A stretch of 64,000 nt of DNA from Bacilli bacterium (GTDB lineage: Bacteria; Bacillota_I; Bacilli_A; RF39; UBA660): assembly GCA_017544165.1 (NCBI GenBank), contig JAFYER010000012.1:719-64718 (forward strand). The letters are read 5' to 3'. A program made the position numbers and the translations under genes. Below are positions 1-9,052 of the stretch, in pieces. The notes below the pieces were generated by a model that was not told the origin of the DNA, did not search any database, and saw nothing but the letters and a program-made list of their open reading frames with translations. Positions within the stretch are counted from its first letter, which is position 1, and each line of letters opens with the position of its first letter.

Positions 1-489
1 TAACTCATCCGTAAATTCTTTTCTGGCATCTATTGCTTTTAATCTTTGGTTTATCCAATCATCCGAGTACCCTTTTCTTCTATAGGCCTCAAGCGCCCTA
101 TTAATTGTAATTTCCGGGTCATATTCCTCATCTATTCTTTCTTTTCCTAAACGAGCAAGCCATTGTTTAATTGGTTCTACTTTCTTGCTAGGAATCGATT
201 CAATTATACGGAACATTTCTTCTAGATCAACGACATCAGTTAATCTTTTTTTCCCATCTTCAGAAGTTAATTTTAACTGGTTACAATTTGTAACCGTTTC
301 ATTTCCCTCTTTTTTTAATCTAAATTTTATAATCTTCCAATTATTTCTAGCAGTTTGATAGTCACTATCCGTTAAAGCCCCAACAATATCAACAACACTA
401 ATATAATACTTTTCTTCATCAGGATTCCATACAGTTCTTACCTTTTTATTTTCAAATGTTTTATTTAAGACATGTAATTTATTATTCAT
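1..489 (-). CDS. BRO-N / antirepressor-like protein, truncated by the window edge
   Basis: Not in the ORF track. Hand translation from ATG 489..487 gives MNNKLHVLNKTFENKKVRTVWNPDEEKYYISVVDIVGALTDSDYQTARNNWKIIKFRLKKEGNETVTNCNQLKL...EPIKQWLARLGKERIDEEYDPE..., open through position 1. The pattern is recalled from widespread Bro-N domain proteins. The start overlaps the stop of the upstream XRE gene by 8 nt. Confidence 0.6.
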   Translation of the reverse strand, partial: MNNKLHVLNKTFENKKVRTVWNPDEEKYYISVVDIVGALTDSDYQTARNNWKIIKFRLKKEGNETVTNCNQLKLTSEDGKKRLTDVVDLEEMFRIIESIPSKKVEPIKQWLARLGKERIDEEYDPEITINRALEAYRRKGYSDDWINQRLKAIDARKEFTDEL

Positions 490-727
490 TTTCCCCCTCC
501 TTTTTTACAATATCCAATTCATATCCTAAAGCAGATAATAATTTACAAAAATTGCCAACTGACATAGAATGCATATTTTTTTCCATCCTAGCAATCGTAG
601 ATTGTGCAATTCCAATTCTATTTGAAAGTTCCCTCTGACTTAGATTAGATTCATATCTAATTTTTAAATATTTACATATTAAGTCAAATTCTTCATTATT
701 TATTACTTCTTCATTGTTAATTTTCAT
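482..727 (-). CDS. XRE-family helix-turn-helix transcriptional regulator
   Basis: 81-aa ORF with an HTH_3-like segment, SQRELSNRIGIAQSTIARMEKN. It is translationally coupled to the BRO-like gene downstream. Confidence 0.8.
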   Translation of the reverse strand: MKINNEEVINNEEFDLICKYLKIRYESNLSQRELSNRIGIAQSTIARMEKNMHSMSVGNFCKLLSALGYELDIVKKEGENE

Positions 728-816
728 ATTTATTACCTCTAAATAGACAATAGCAAATATGCATCATGTTGTCAATAAAAAAAAGATTAGCTTTTTCTAA
801 TCATAATAATGGAAAA

Positions 817-1338
817 CTATTTTGTTTTTGTACGACATTTACTTCCTTTATTTTTAAAATAATCAGTTATTTGCTTTTTAGCAATATAAAAATCCATATT
901 ATCTAGTTTCTCAATAAAGGATATCTCTGATCCTCCTTTTTGAAAAATGTCACCAGTATTTTTGTAGTATGAATAATCTATTATATATATTTTTCCATCT
1001 AACTTACACGTTATAGTAGAGGTAAGAATACGACTGTAATGACCATCTCTATATCGCCAAACAAATGTTAAACATAATAAAGCACACAACACAATGGATA
1101 AAAATACTATTCTCTTTTTTGAAATATAATGACTGACTAAAAGCCAATCGTTATCCAATAATTCATCCAAACTAACATTTAAAATTTCAGCTATTTTTTT
1201 AGACGTATTTATATCCGGAGAAGTTTCACCAACTTCCTATTTACTTAATGTCTGACGCGTAATATCTAATTTTTCAGCAAGCTGTTCTTGTGTCATTTTG
1301 TTCTTTTTTCGATAACATTTTATTTTATCACCTATCAT
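817..1338 (-). pseudogene. XRE-family HTH protein with a C-terminal membrane-anchored domain, interrupted by an in-frame TAG
   Basis: ATG at 1338..1336 follows the RBS AGAGGTG. The translation is MIGDKIKCYRKKNKMTQEQLAEKLDITRQTLSK*EVGETSPDINTSKKIAEILNVSLDELLDNDW..., in the same frame as track ORF 817..1170. The TAG at 1239..1237 sits where the conserved Trp (TGG) of the LSxWExG motif is expected. Confidence 0.7.
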
Positions 1339-1452
1339 ATATTCACCTCTTGATTGTTATTATAATAAATTATTGTTCTTAAATACATCTATTATCATTA
1401 ACATTCGTGCAAAATATCTTAACATATTTAAAAGTATAAGTTTTTTCAAATA

Positions 1453-1645
1453 AAAAAGACTAGTTTTACCTAGCCTTTTAATTAATTGTTTTTTGCTTTG
1501 ATTGCGGCTTGTACAACTGCTCCATTCGGGATGGTAAAATTTATACCTTTGTTAATACTTTTTTATACTTTAAGCATTCCTTCTATTACAGTTGTATATA
1601 CTAAAATCTATTTGGTACTAATAAAACTAAAATAATTGATATATT
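1453..1645 (-). repeat. Relic A: decayed ppdK 3' end plus terminator hairpin
   Basis: The hairpin AAAAAGACTAG-TTTTAC-CTAGCCTTT (1453..1478) is followed by a T-run on the minus strand. 1482..1530 translates on the minus strand as ..PNGAVVQAAIKAKNN*, compared with ..AAAQAAIKSGKTK* at the real PPDK end. 1557..1640 is shared with relic C. Confidence 0.6.
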
Positions 1646-1659
1646 TTAAGTAAATATTA

Positions 1660-2451
1660 TCACAGATTTCTTTCTAAATAATTTGCTATTCCATCATTAT
1701 CATTAGATAGTGTAACAAAAGCAGCTTTAGCTTTTACAATATCTATAGCATTCTCCATTGCTACACCTATACCTACATTTTCAATTAATACTAAATCATT
1801 CTCACCATCTCCAAAGAAAATAACTTCTTCAATAGAGTACTTCAAATCATTACATATTTTCTTTAATGTAGTAAGTTTACTAGCATTTTTTGGATTAACT
1901 GTCAGCCACATTCGACTATTTTTATCATCAGTATCTATCATTTTAACAACATTAATATTATCAAATTCTTTTTCAAGTAAACACCTATTTTCTTCGAGTT
2001 CTTTGGCCTTTTCAAAAAAAATGTTCATTCTAGATATAGAACTATCTACATCACCTAAATCATTTATATATTTAACAACTGGTCTTCCATCAGATTTTTC
2101 TTTGGTTTTAATTAAATACATATATGGTGTACAGAAATCGATTTGGTAAGAGCACTCGTTAAACAAATTATATATCTTTTCTACAGTTTCATTCTCAATA
2201 CAACTTATATTTTCAATTTTATCTTCCTTTACATAATATATGTCAGAACCATTATTTAAAACAATATAATCAAATAGATTAACATCTAATACACCTTTTA
2301 CGGACAATAGATTTCTTGCTGTAACGCCAATTATTATATAATGTTTGTTTTTAAGCTTTATCAAGCATTCTCTTGTTCTATCAGTTATTCTCTTATTACT
2401 TGACAGCAAAGTTCCATCGAAATCCATAGCAATTATTTTTATTTTTTTCAT
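1660..2451 (-). CDS. Cof-type HAD-IIB phosphatase
   Basis: Motif I is IAMDFDGTLL. The C-terminal motif is FGDGENDL. Length is 263 aa and the stop codon is TGA. Confidence 0.85.
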   Translation of the reverse strand: MKKIKIIAMDFDGTLLSSNKRITDRTRECLIKLKNKHYIIIGVTARNLLSVKGVLDVNLFDYIVLNNGSDIYYVKEDKIENISCIENETVEKIYNLFNECSYQIDFCTPYMYLIKTKEKSDGRPVVKYINDLGDVDSSISRMNIFFEKAKELEENRCLLEKEFDNINVVKMIDTDDKNSRMWLTVNPKNASKLTTLKKICNDLKYSIEEVIFFGDGENDLVLIENVGIGVAMENAIDIVKAKAAFVTLSNDNDGIANYLERNL

Positions 2452-2483
2452 TTTTAATCACCTAAATAAATTATACCATAATA

Positions 2484-2560
2484 AAGACTAGTTTTACCTA
2501 GTCTTTAATATTAATTGTTTTTTGCTTTAATTGCAGCTTGTAGTACTATTTCATTTAGAG
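2484..2560 (-). repeat. Relic B: decayed ppdK 3' end plus terminator hairpin
   Basis: The hairpin is AAAGACTAG-TTTTAC-CTAGTCTTT (2484..2506). 2511..2560 translates on the minus strand as ..LNEIVLQAAIKAKNN*. It is nearly identical to relic A across the tail and hairpin. Confidence 0.6.
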
Positions 2561-2637
2561 GGCACTTATTCAAATATTGATTAAACTTATATTTTTAGTA
2601 TATCACTAATCTTTAAATTGTCATATATGCGATTCCC

Positions 2638-4008
2638 TTAAAAATCACAATTTTTGTGAACTCTTGGATAAGGTGTTACATCTTTAATACTATCAATACC
2701 TGTAATATACATAAGAAGTCTTTCAAAGCCTATACCAAACCCACTTCTCTCACATGTTCCATATTTTCTAAGTTTTAGATACCATTCGTATTCATCGATT
2801 TTCATATCTAATTCTTTCATTCTGGATACTAATTTATCTAAATCTTCTTCTCTTTGACTCATACCAAATACTTCTCCAATTCCAGGCATTTCTAAATCTG
2901 CACCTGCAACGGTTCCATCTGGCATTTGTTTCATATAGAATGATTTTAATTCTTTTGGCCACATTGTTAAAAAGAATGGACACTTAAAGTAATCTGTTAA
3001 ATACTTTTCATGTTCTTTTGCTATATCAGCTCCATAAGTAGGTTCAAATTCAAAACCTTTACCACTCTTTTGTAATATTTCAATACATTCTTTATATGGT
3101 ACTCTTTTAAATTCACAAGTTAATACTTTAGTAAGTCTGTAAATTAAACCTTCTTCAACATACTTATCTAAATACTCCATTTCATACTTCGCATGATCCA
3201 GTGTGTATTTAATTACATATTTAACTAAATCTTCTGCTATATCCATAATTCCATCTAAGTCACAAAACGCAACTTCTGGTTCAATTTGCCAAAACTCTGC
3301 TACATGGTATGGTGTATGTGATTTATCTGCTCTAAATGTTGGCCCAAAAGTATAAACTTTACTAAATGCTTGTGCAAATGTTTCTGCTTCAAATTGAGTT
3401 GAAACAGACAATCCTACTTTCTTGCCAAAGAAATCATCTTCATAACTAACTTTTCCAGTTTTAGCAATTTCATCTAAATCTTGTGTTGTCACTTGAAACA
3501 TTTCTCCTGCCCCTTCGCAATCACTTGCTGTAAAAATTGGTGCATGTAAATATAAGTAACCATGTGATTGAAAATATTCATGTATAGCCATTGATAATAT
3601 ACTTCTTACTCTAAATACAGCTTGAAATAATGTTGTTCTTGGCCTTAAATATGCCTGTTCTCGTAAAAATTCACGAGAATGTGCTTTAGGTTGAATTGGA
3701 TAATCTTCTGGGCAATCTCCTATAAGAGTAATCTCTTTAGCTTTTAATTCAAAACTTTGACCTTCTGCAGGTGAAGGTATCAATGCGCCTTTCACCTTGA
3801 CAGATGATCCAAAATGAATTTTTGAAATATCTTCAAAATCCTTTGTATCCTTATCATAAACTACTTGAAGTTTTCTAAAACAAGTTCCATCAGATAAATC
3901 AATGAACCCAACTTCTTTTTGTTTACGATGCTTTCTTATCCAACCTTTAACTTCTACATCTTTGTCCAATAATTCTCCATGCGAATCGTAAATTCTTTTA
4001 ATTTCCAT
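2638..4008 (-). CDS. asnS: asparagine--tRNA ligase
   Basis: Class IIb aaRS pattern, FRADKSHTPYHVAEFWQIEPEVAF...GFGIGFERL. The start was moved to MEIKRIY (4008), which follows the RBS AAAGGAG. A T-box leader lies upstream. Confidence 0.95.
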   Translation of the reverse strand: MEIKRIYDSHGELLDKDVEVKGWIRKHRKQKEVGFIDLSDGTCFRKLQVVYDKDTKDFEDISKIHFGSSVKVKGALIPSPAEGQSFELKAKEITLIGDCPEDYPIQPKAHSREFLREQAYLRPRTTLFQAVFRVRSILSMAIHEYFQSHGYLYLHAPIFTASDCEGAGEMFQVTTQDLDEIAKTGKVSYEDDFFGKKVGLSVSTQFEAETFAQAFSKVYTFGPTFRADKSHTPYHVAEFWQIEPEVAFCDLDGIMDIAEDLVKYVIKYTLDHAKYEMEYLDKYVEEGLIYRLTKVLTCEFKRVPYKECIEILQKSGKGFEFEPTYGADIAKEHEKYLTDYFKCPFFLTMWPKELKSFYMKQMPDGTVAGADLEMPGIGEVFGMSQREEDLDKLVSRMKELDMKIDEYEWYLKLRKYGTCERSGFGIGFERLLMYITGIDSIKDVTPYPRVHKNCDF

Positions 4009-4089
4009 TTTTATTTCTCCTTTCATAATAATATTTGTCAAAAATAGTTGTAGGTTCTATTTTTATTTTTTCCTCCTTTCTTTATTTAA

Positions 4090-4396
4090 TATAAAAACCC
4101 GTATCATCCTACAATATAAGGACGAATACGGGTATCCGCGGTGCCACCTTAATTTATTACTTAAAAAAACCATCTATATATACATATAAACGGTTTGTTA
4201 TTACAGTAATCTCTTTTTTCAGTTCTAACAAACCTAGCAACATGGTAACGGATTGCTCTCCGGACTAGTCTACTAAGATTACTCTTTTCGGTAGTCTGCT
4301 CAGGAGTGTTCTTTCGCCAAATGTTATTATTAGTTCACACTATACCTAACTCACTCGAATAACAATTTTGGGTACTTTTCTCCCTCAACGCAATTT
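4090..4396 (-). promoter_or_regulatory. T-box riboswitch leader (candidate Asn specifier AAC)
   Basis: Read on the minus strand. Stem I begins at TTGCGTTGAGGGAGAAAAGTACC. The candidate specifier is GAAAG-AAC-A (AAC = 4310..4308). The T-box motif AATTAAGGTGGCACCGCGG lies at 4153..4135. The terminator ATACCCGTATTCGTCC...GGATGATACGGGTTTTT lies at 4134..4093. Confidence 0.8.
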
Positions 4397-4398
4397 AA

Positions 4399-4426
4399 TC
4401 ATACCATATTTACACTTAATTGTCAA
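4399..4426 (-). promoter_or_regulatory. sigma-A type promoter for the asnS leader
   Basis: TTGACA (4426..4421), a 16-17 nt spacer, then TATGAT (4404..4399), directly upstream of T-box stem I. Confidence 0.5.
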
Positions 4427-4438
4427 ATTAAGCATAAG

Positions 4439-4710
4439 AAAAGACTAAGTTTTATCTTAGTCTTTCACCTTTTAATTATTAAATTTGACTTGAGGACATA
4501 TGTCCCGAAGTGATGCATGTTGTCCACTAATTTGACTGCCCTTTAGATTTAATTGCAGCTTGGGCAATAACAAATATTTGGAGGAGTTAAACCATACCAC
4601 GATAATGTTTGGTGGGAGTTGTTTTTTTTATGCCTTAAGCATTCCCTATATTACAGTAATATATACTAAATATTTTATTGGTATTATTAAGACTAGCTAT
4701 AATAAATCAC
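4439..4710 (-). repeat. Relic C: decayed ppdK 3' end plus terminator hairpin
   Basis: The hairpin is AAAGACTAAG-TTTTAT-CTTAGTCTTT (4439..4465). 4527..4585 translates on the minus strand as ..QIFVIAQAAIKSKGQSN*, with GATTGCAGCTTGGGCA identical to the real ppdK end. Weaker similarity continues about 80 nt into the ppdK coding sequence. 4617..4710 is shared with relic A. Confidence 0.6.
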
Positions 4711-4715
4711 TCAAT

Positions 4716-5513
4716 TTACATTCTTTGATCATCTGCCATTTGCCATGGTTTAAATTTTTTACCTTCTGTATGACCACTTAAATTAAATTCTAAAAAACCT
4801 TCACTTCTTAAATAATCTTCATCTTTATCTAATGGTTTTATCACATTTTTAATTACATCTAACCATATAAAATCAGGTATTGGAGTATATTTTTTAGGTA
4901 TTTTCTTATCAAGTATCTCTTGTGATACATCACATTTTAAAAGAAAATCAATTCTTTCATCGCGACTTTTTTGATACTCTTCATTATTAACTATATAAGT
5001 GTTATATGATTTAAAATTATCTATATTTACTTTTCTAATATCATTCCATGGAATTGTGTATCTTTCATGACAACTAATTCCTTTTAATACTTCTCTACCA
5101 TCAAATCCTTGTCCTACTGCATCTATATATACTGCATTACCTAAAGATACTCCAATACTGATACCTGCATACCTTTCATATCTATTAGATATTTCATTAT
5201 CTAAATGAAATAATATAAGTACTCCATTTTTATTACCTTTCTTAATCATCTTTAATGCTTCTAAATGATCTTGATTAAAGTTTTTAATAATAATAGATCT
5301 CATACATGGTTCAGATATTGGATTACCATTTCTAATATTATATGACTCATCGAATTTATCTTTGTTCTTTTCAAAATCATCTTCATCTAATATAACTACC
5401 AAATCATCAACTGGACTTAAACCAGGAAAAAACTTCATAATATTTACCATATCTTTCGCGCGATGATATTTTAAAATATATGGAATATCTTTCTCTTTTT
5501 TGATACTATACAT
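4716..5513 (-). CDS. hypothetical protein (265 aa)
   Basis: Long ORF with the RBS AGGAAG and an extended -10 (TGTTATAAT) immediately after the ppdK terminator. I recognise no family. Confidence 0.6.
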   Translation of the reverse strand: MYSIKKEKDIPYILKYHRAKDMVNIMKFFPGLSPVDDLVVILDEDDFEKNKDKFDESYNIRNGNPISEPCMRSIIIKNFNQDHLEALKMIKKGNKNGVLILFHLDNEISNRYERYAGISIGVSLGNAVYIDAVGQGFDGREVLKGISCHERYTIPWNDIRKVNIDNFKSYNTYIVNNEEYQKSRDERIDFLLKCDVSQEILDKKIPKKYTPIPDFIWLDVIKNVIKPLDKDEDYLRSEGFLEFNLSGHTEGKKFKPWQMADDQRM

Positions 5514-5542
5514 AATATCACTTCCTATGTAAATTATAACAC

Positions 5543-5570
5543 AAAAAAGACTAGTTTTACCTAGCTTTTT
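5543..5570 (-). terminator. rho-independent terminator of ppdK
   Basis: Minus strand AAAAAGCTAG-GTAAAA-CTAGTCTTTTTT, starting 9 nt after the ppdK stop codon. Confidence 0.7.
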
Positions 5571-5578
5571 GTCATCAA

Positions 5579-8212
5579 TTATTTTGTTTTCCCAGACTTG
5601 ATTGCAGCTTGGGCAGCAGCAAGTCTAGCAATAGGAACTCTAAATGGAGAGCACGAAACATATGTTAGTCCAACCTCATGACAGAATTCAACACTCGATG
5701 GATCTCCACCATGTTCACCACAAATACCTAATTTGATATTGGGTCTTACTTCTTTACCTAAATCTACGGCCATTTTAATTAATTTACCAACGCCTTTTTG
5801 ATCTACTTTAGCGAATGGATCTTGTTCATAAATCTTGTTTTCATAATATGAACCTAAGAATTTACCAGCGTCATCTCTTGAAAAGCCAAATGTCATTTGG
5901 GTTAAATCATTTGTTCCAAATGAGAAAAACTCTGCTTCTTTTGCAATTTCATCAGCCGTAAGAGCCGCTCTAGGGATTTCAATCATGGTACCAATATGAT
6001 ACTCCATATTAGACTTTTTCTCTTTTTTAACTTGTTCTGCAGTTTCCACTACTATATCTTTAACAAACTTTAATTCTTTAACTTCACCAACAAGAGGTAT
6101 CATTATTTCTGGAACAATATCATAGCCATCCTCCTCTTTTACTTCAATAGCAGCTTCCATTAATGCTCTAGTTTGCATTCTAGCAATTTCAGGATAAGTT
6201 ACAGCTAAACGGCAACCACGATGTCCCATCATTGGGTTAAATTCATGTAGTTCATTACATTTTGCTTTTAATTCTGCCATAGTGACTTTCATATCTTTTG
6301 CAAGTGCTTTTATATCAGCATCTTCCTTAGGTAAAAATTCATGTAAAGGTGGATCTAAATAACGAACTGTCATTGGAAGTCCTTTTAGCTCTTTATACAT
6401 TGCCTTGAAATCGCTTTTTTGATAAGGAATTAGATTTTCAAGTGCTTTTTCTCTTTCCTTTGTTGTTTTGGCAAGAATCATTTTTCTAATATTAAAGATT
6501 CTTTCTTCATCAAAGAACATGTGCTCTGTTCTACATAATCCGATTCCCTCTGCACCCAATTCGATAGCTTTTGCAGTATCTTTTGGTGTATCTGCATTAG
6601 TTCTTACACCAAGCTTACGATATTTATCAGCCCACTCCATAACTCTACCAAATTCTCCGGCGATTGTCGCATCAACAGTTTTGATAGCACCATCGTAGAT
6701 ATTACCAGTTGAACCATCAATTGAAATAATATCTCCTTCATGGTAAACTTTGCCATCTAATTCAAATTCTTTTTTTGCTTCATTCATTTTGATATCACCA
6801 CAGCCAGATACGCAGCAAGTACCCATTCCACGAGCAACAACAGCAGCATGTGATGTCATACCACCACGAACTGTTAATATACCTTGAGCCGCCTTCATAC
6901 CAGTGATATCCTCAGGAGATGTTTCGAGTCTTACTAAAACTACTTTTTCACCTTTTCCACCAATGCCTTCTTTTTCAGCATCCTCAGCCGTAAAGACAAT
7001 TTTACCACAGGCAGCTCCAGGGGACGCACCTAATCCTCTACCAATTACTTTGGCTTCTTTTAAAGCTTTTGCATCGAATTGAGGATGAAGTAATGTATCA
7101 AGATTTCTTGGATCAATCATTAAAACCGCTTCTTCTTCAGTTTTCATACCTTCATCAACTAAATCACAAGCAATTTTTAAGGCAGCTTGCGCAGTTCTCT
7201 TACCATTTCTTGTTTGAAGCATATAAAGCTTACCATGTTCAACAGTAAATTCCATATCTTGCATATCATGATAATGTTCCTCAAGAATTTTACATACTTC
7301 TTTAAATTGTTTGAAGGCTTCTGGGAACTTTTGTTCCATTTCTGCGATTTTCATTGGAGTTCTAACACCTGCTACAACATCTTCACCTTGGGCGTTAGTT
7401 AAAAATTCGCCAAATAAACCTTTTTCTCCAGTTGCAGGGTCTCTTGTGAAAGCAACACCCGTTCCACAATCATCGCCCATATTACCAAAAGCCATTGATT
7501 GAACGTTAACAGCAGTTCCCCAAGAATAAGGAATATCATTATCCCGACGATAAACATTTGCTCTTGGATTATCCCATGAACGGAATACGGCTTTGATAGC
7601 TCCCATTAATTGCTCTTTTGGATCATCTGGGAAATCTTTACCAATCTTACTTTTATATTCTTTTTTAAATTTATAGGCAAGTTCTTTTAAATCATCAGCA
7701 GTAAGTTCAACATCTAGTTTAACACCTTTTTCTTCTTTAATTTCATCAATTAATTCTTCGAAGTATTTCTTGCCAACTTCCATTACAACATCGGAATACA
7801 TTTGAATAAATCTTCGATAACAATCCCATGCCCATCTTGGATTGTTGCTCATTTTAGAAAGTGATTCAACAACATCCTCATTTAATCCAAGATTTAGAAT
7901 TGTATCCATCATACCTGGCATTGATGCTCTTGCACCAGATCTTACTGAAACAAGTAATGGTTTTTCTTTATCACCAAATTTTTTACCAGTGATTTCCTCT
8001 AGTTTAGAAATATACTCATTAATTTGGGACTCTATTTCCTCATTAATCTCTCTTCCATCTTCATAATACCTCGTACATGCTTCAGTTGTTATTGTAAATC
8101 CTTGAGGCACTGGCAAACCAATATTTGTCATTTCTGCAAGGTTTGCGCCTTTACCGCCAAGCAAATTTCTTAAATCCTTGTTTCCTTCCGAAAACATATA
8201 AACATATTTCAT
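5579..8212 (-). CDS. ppdK: pyruvate, phosphate dikinase
   Basis: Phosphohistidine motif GGMTSHAAVVARGMG. The N-terminal ATP-grasp domain and C-terminal PEP-utilising TIM-barrel motifs are present. The start was moved to MKYVYMFSEGN, which follows the RBS GGAGG. Confidence 0.95.
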   Translation of the reverse strand: MKYVYMFSEGNKDLRNLLGGKGANLAEMTNIGLPVPQGFTITTEACTRYYEDGREINEEIESQINEYISKLEEITGKKFGDKEKPLLVSVRSGARASMPGMMDTILNLGLNEDVVESLSKMSNNPRWAWDCYRRFIQMYSDVVMEVGKKYFEELIDEIKEEKGVKLDVELTADDLKELAYKFKKEYKSKIGKDFPDDPKEQLMGAIKAVFRSWDNPRANVYRRDNDIPYSWGTAVNVQSMAFGNMGDDCGTGVAFTRDPATGEKGLFGEFLTNAQGEDVVAGVRTPMKIAEMEQKFPEAFKQFKEVCKILEEHYHDMQDMEFTVEHGKLYMLQTRNGKRTAQAALKIACDLVDEGMKTEEEAVLMIDPRNLDTLLHPQFDAKALKEAKVIGRGLGASPGAACGKIVFTAEDAEKEGIGGKGEKVVLVRLETSPEDITGMKAAQGILTVRGGMTSHAAVVARGMGTCCVSGCGDIKMNEAKKEFELDGKVYHEGDIISIDGSTGNIYDGAIKTVDATIAGEFGRVMEWADKYRKLGVRTNADTPKDTAKAIELGAEGIGLCRTEHMFFDEERIFNIRKMILAKTTKEREKALENLIPYQKSDFKAMYKELKGLPMTVRYLDPPLHEFLPKEDADIKALAKDMKVTMAELKAKCNELHEFNPMMGHRGCRLAVTYPEIARMQTRALMEAAIEVKEEDGYDIVPEIMIPLVGEVKELKFVKDIVVETAEQVKKEKKSNMEYHIGTMIEIPRAALTADEIAKEAEFFSFGTNDLTQMTFGFSRDDAGKFLGSYYENKIYEQDPFAKVDQKGVGKLIKMAVDLGKEVRPNIKLGICGEHGGDPSSVEFCHEVGLTYVSCSPFRVPIARLAAAQAAIKSGKTK

Positions 8213-8291
8213 ATATAAGCCTCCATAAATTGTATTATACCATAGCAATAAAAAAACAAATATAAAAACCTATATTTGTTTACGAAGTAAT

Positions 8292-9041
8292 TTACTTAAT
8301 ATTATTCATAGCTTTAACCTGTTTTAAAATACTATTTAATCCACAGCTATCTTTATATTTTAAATAGAAATCATAATTAAGCCAAACTGTTAAATAATTA
8401 TTAATTTTATCTTTAGAATTCTTAGGTTTAATTAAAAATGTATCAATATTTGGAATATCTTTTTTTTCTATAGGGTTATATGTTTTTAAAAACAACAAGT
8501 AGGATATAATAGTAAGAACTTCAAAAACCATTATAGGAATAGACAAAAATCCTATAAGCAAATCTTGTTTTAATGAAGATATTTTGTTAATAAAACTATT
8601 TGATAAAAAGAAAATGTGTTTTATATCAGTTACAAGATACAAAGCAATAACGGTTAAAGCTATAATCCATGTTTTTATTTTACCTGTCATTGACCCTTGA
8701 ACATTGATTCCTTTTCCAAATTTAACTGTTTGAATAATAACAATAGCTATTTCGAAGAAAATAGGAATTAAAGCAAATTTAGTAATTGTCAAAAGAACTA
8801 ACAAATTAGCTACAGTAAAAGCTTTGTCTGCCACACCATCAAACATACTACCAAAAAAAGATACAACCTTACATTTTCTAGCAATCATGCCATCAAGGAA
8901 ATCGGTAAAATAACACAAAATCGACAATACTGCAGCAGCAGCACCACCGTGTCTATGATAAATTGGTACCAAACAAAAAACACCAATAATACGCACTGCA
9001 GTCAAGGCATTAACAATTAAAAATGCAACTATTCTAACCAT
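8292..9041 (-). CDS. CDP-alcohol phosphatidyltransferase family protein
   Basis: Motif DGMIARKCKVVSFFGSMFDGVADK (DGxxARx8Gx3Dx3D) with multiple TM segments. Confidence 0.8.
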   Translation of the reverse strand: MVRIVAFLIVNALTAVRIIGVFCLVPIYHRHGGAAAAVLSILCYFTDFLDGMIARKCKVVSFFGSMFDGVADKAFTVANLLVLLTITKFALIPIFFEIAIVIIQTVKFGKGINVQGSMTGKIKTWIIALTVIALYLVTDIKHIFFLSNSFINKISSLKQDLLIGFLSIPIMVFEVLTIISYLLFLKTYNPIEKKDIPNIDTFLIKPKNSKDKINNYLTVWLNYDFYLKYKDSCGLNSILKQVKAMNNIK

Positions 9042-9052
9042 ACTTCTCCTTT

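Noticed and set aside
1237-1239. In-frame TAG as programmed recoding (pyrrolysine or suppression).
   Set aside because: No pyl genes or PYLIS-like context are visible. The codon replaces a conserved Trp (TGG), so a simple nonsense transition or a sequencing error is far more likely.
4494-4505. Perfect 12-bp palindrome GGACATATGTCC between relic C and its hairpin, considered as an operator or recombination site.
   Set aside because: It is a single occurrence with no partner site or adjacent promoter, lying about 70 nt upstream of the asnS -35. The evidence is too weak for a call.
1482-4585. ppdK-tail relics as small functional ORFs or peptides.
   Set aside because: Each PPDK-like reading frame is preceded by stop codons within 10-25 codons. 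None has an ATG/GTG/TTG start with an RBS.
4560-4781. 73-aa plus-strand ORF from the track.
   Set aside because: It lies across relic C and runs antisense into the 265-aa gene. It has no RBS and a low-complexity hydrophobic translation typical of AT-rich noise.
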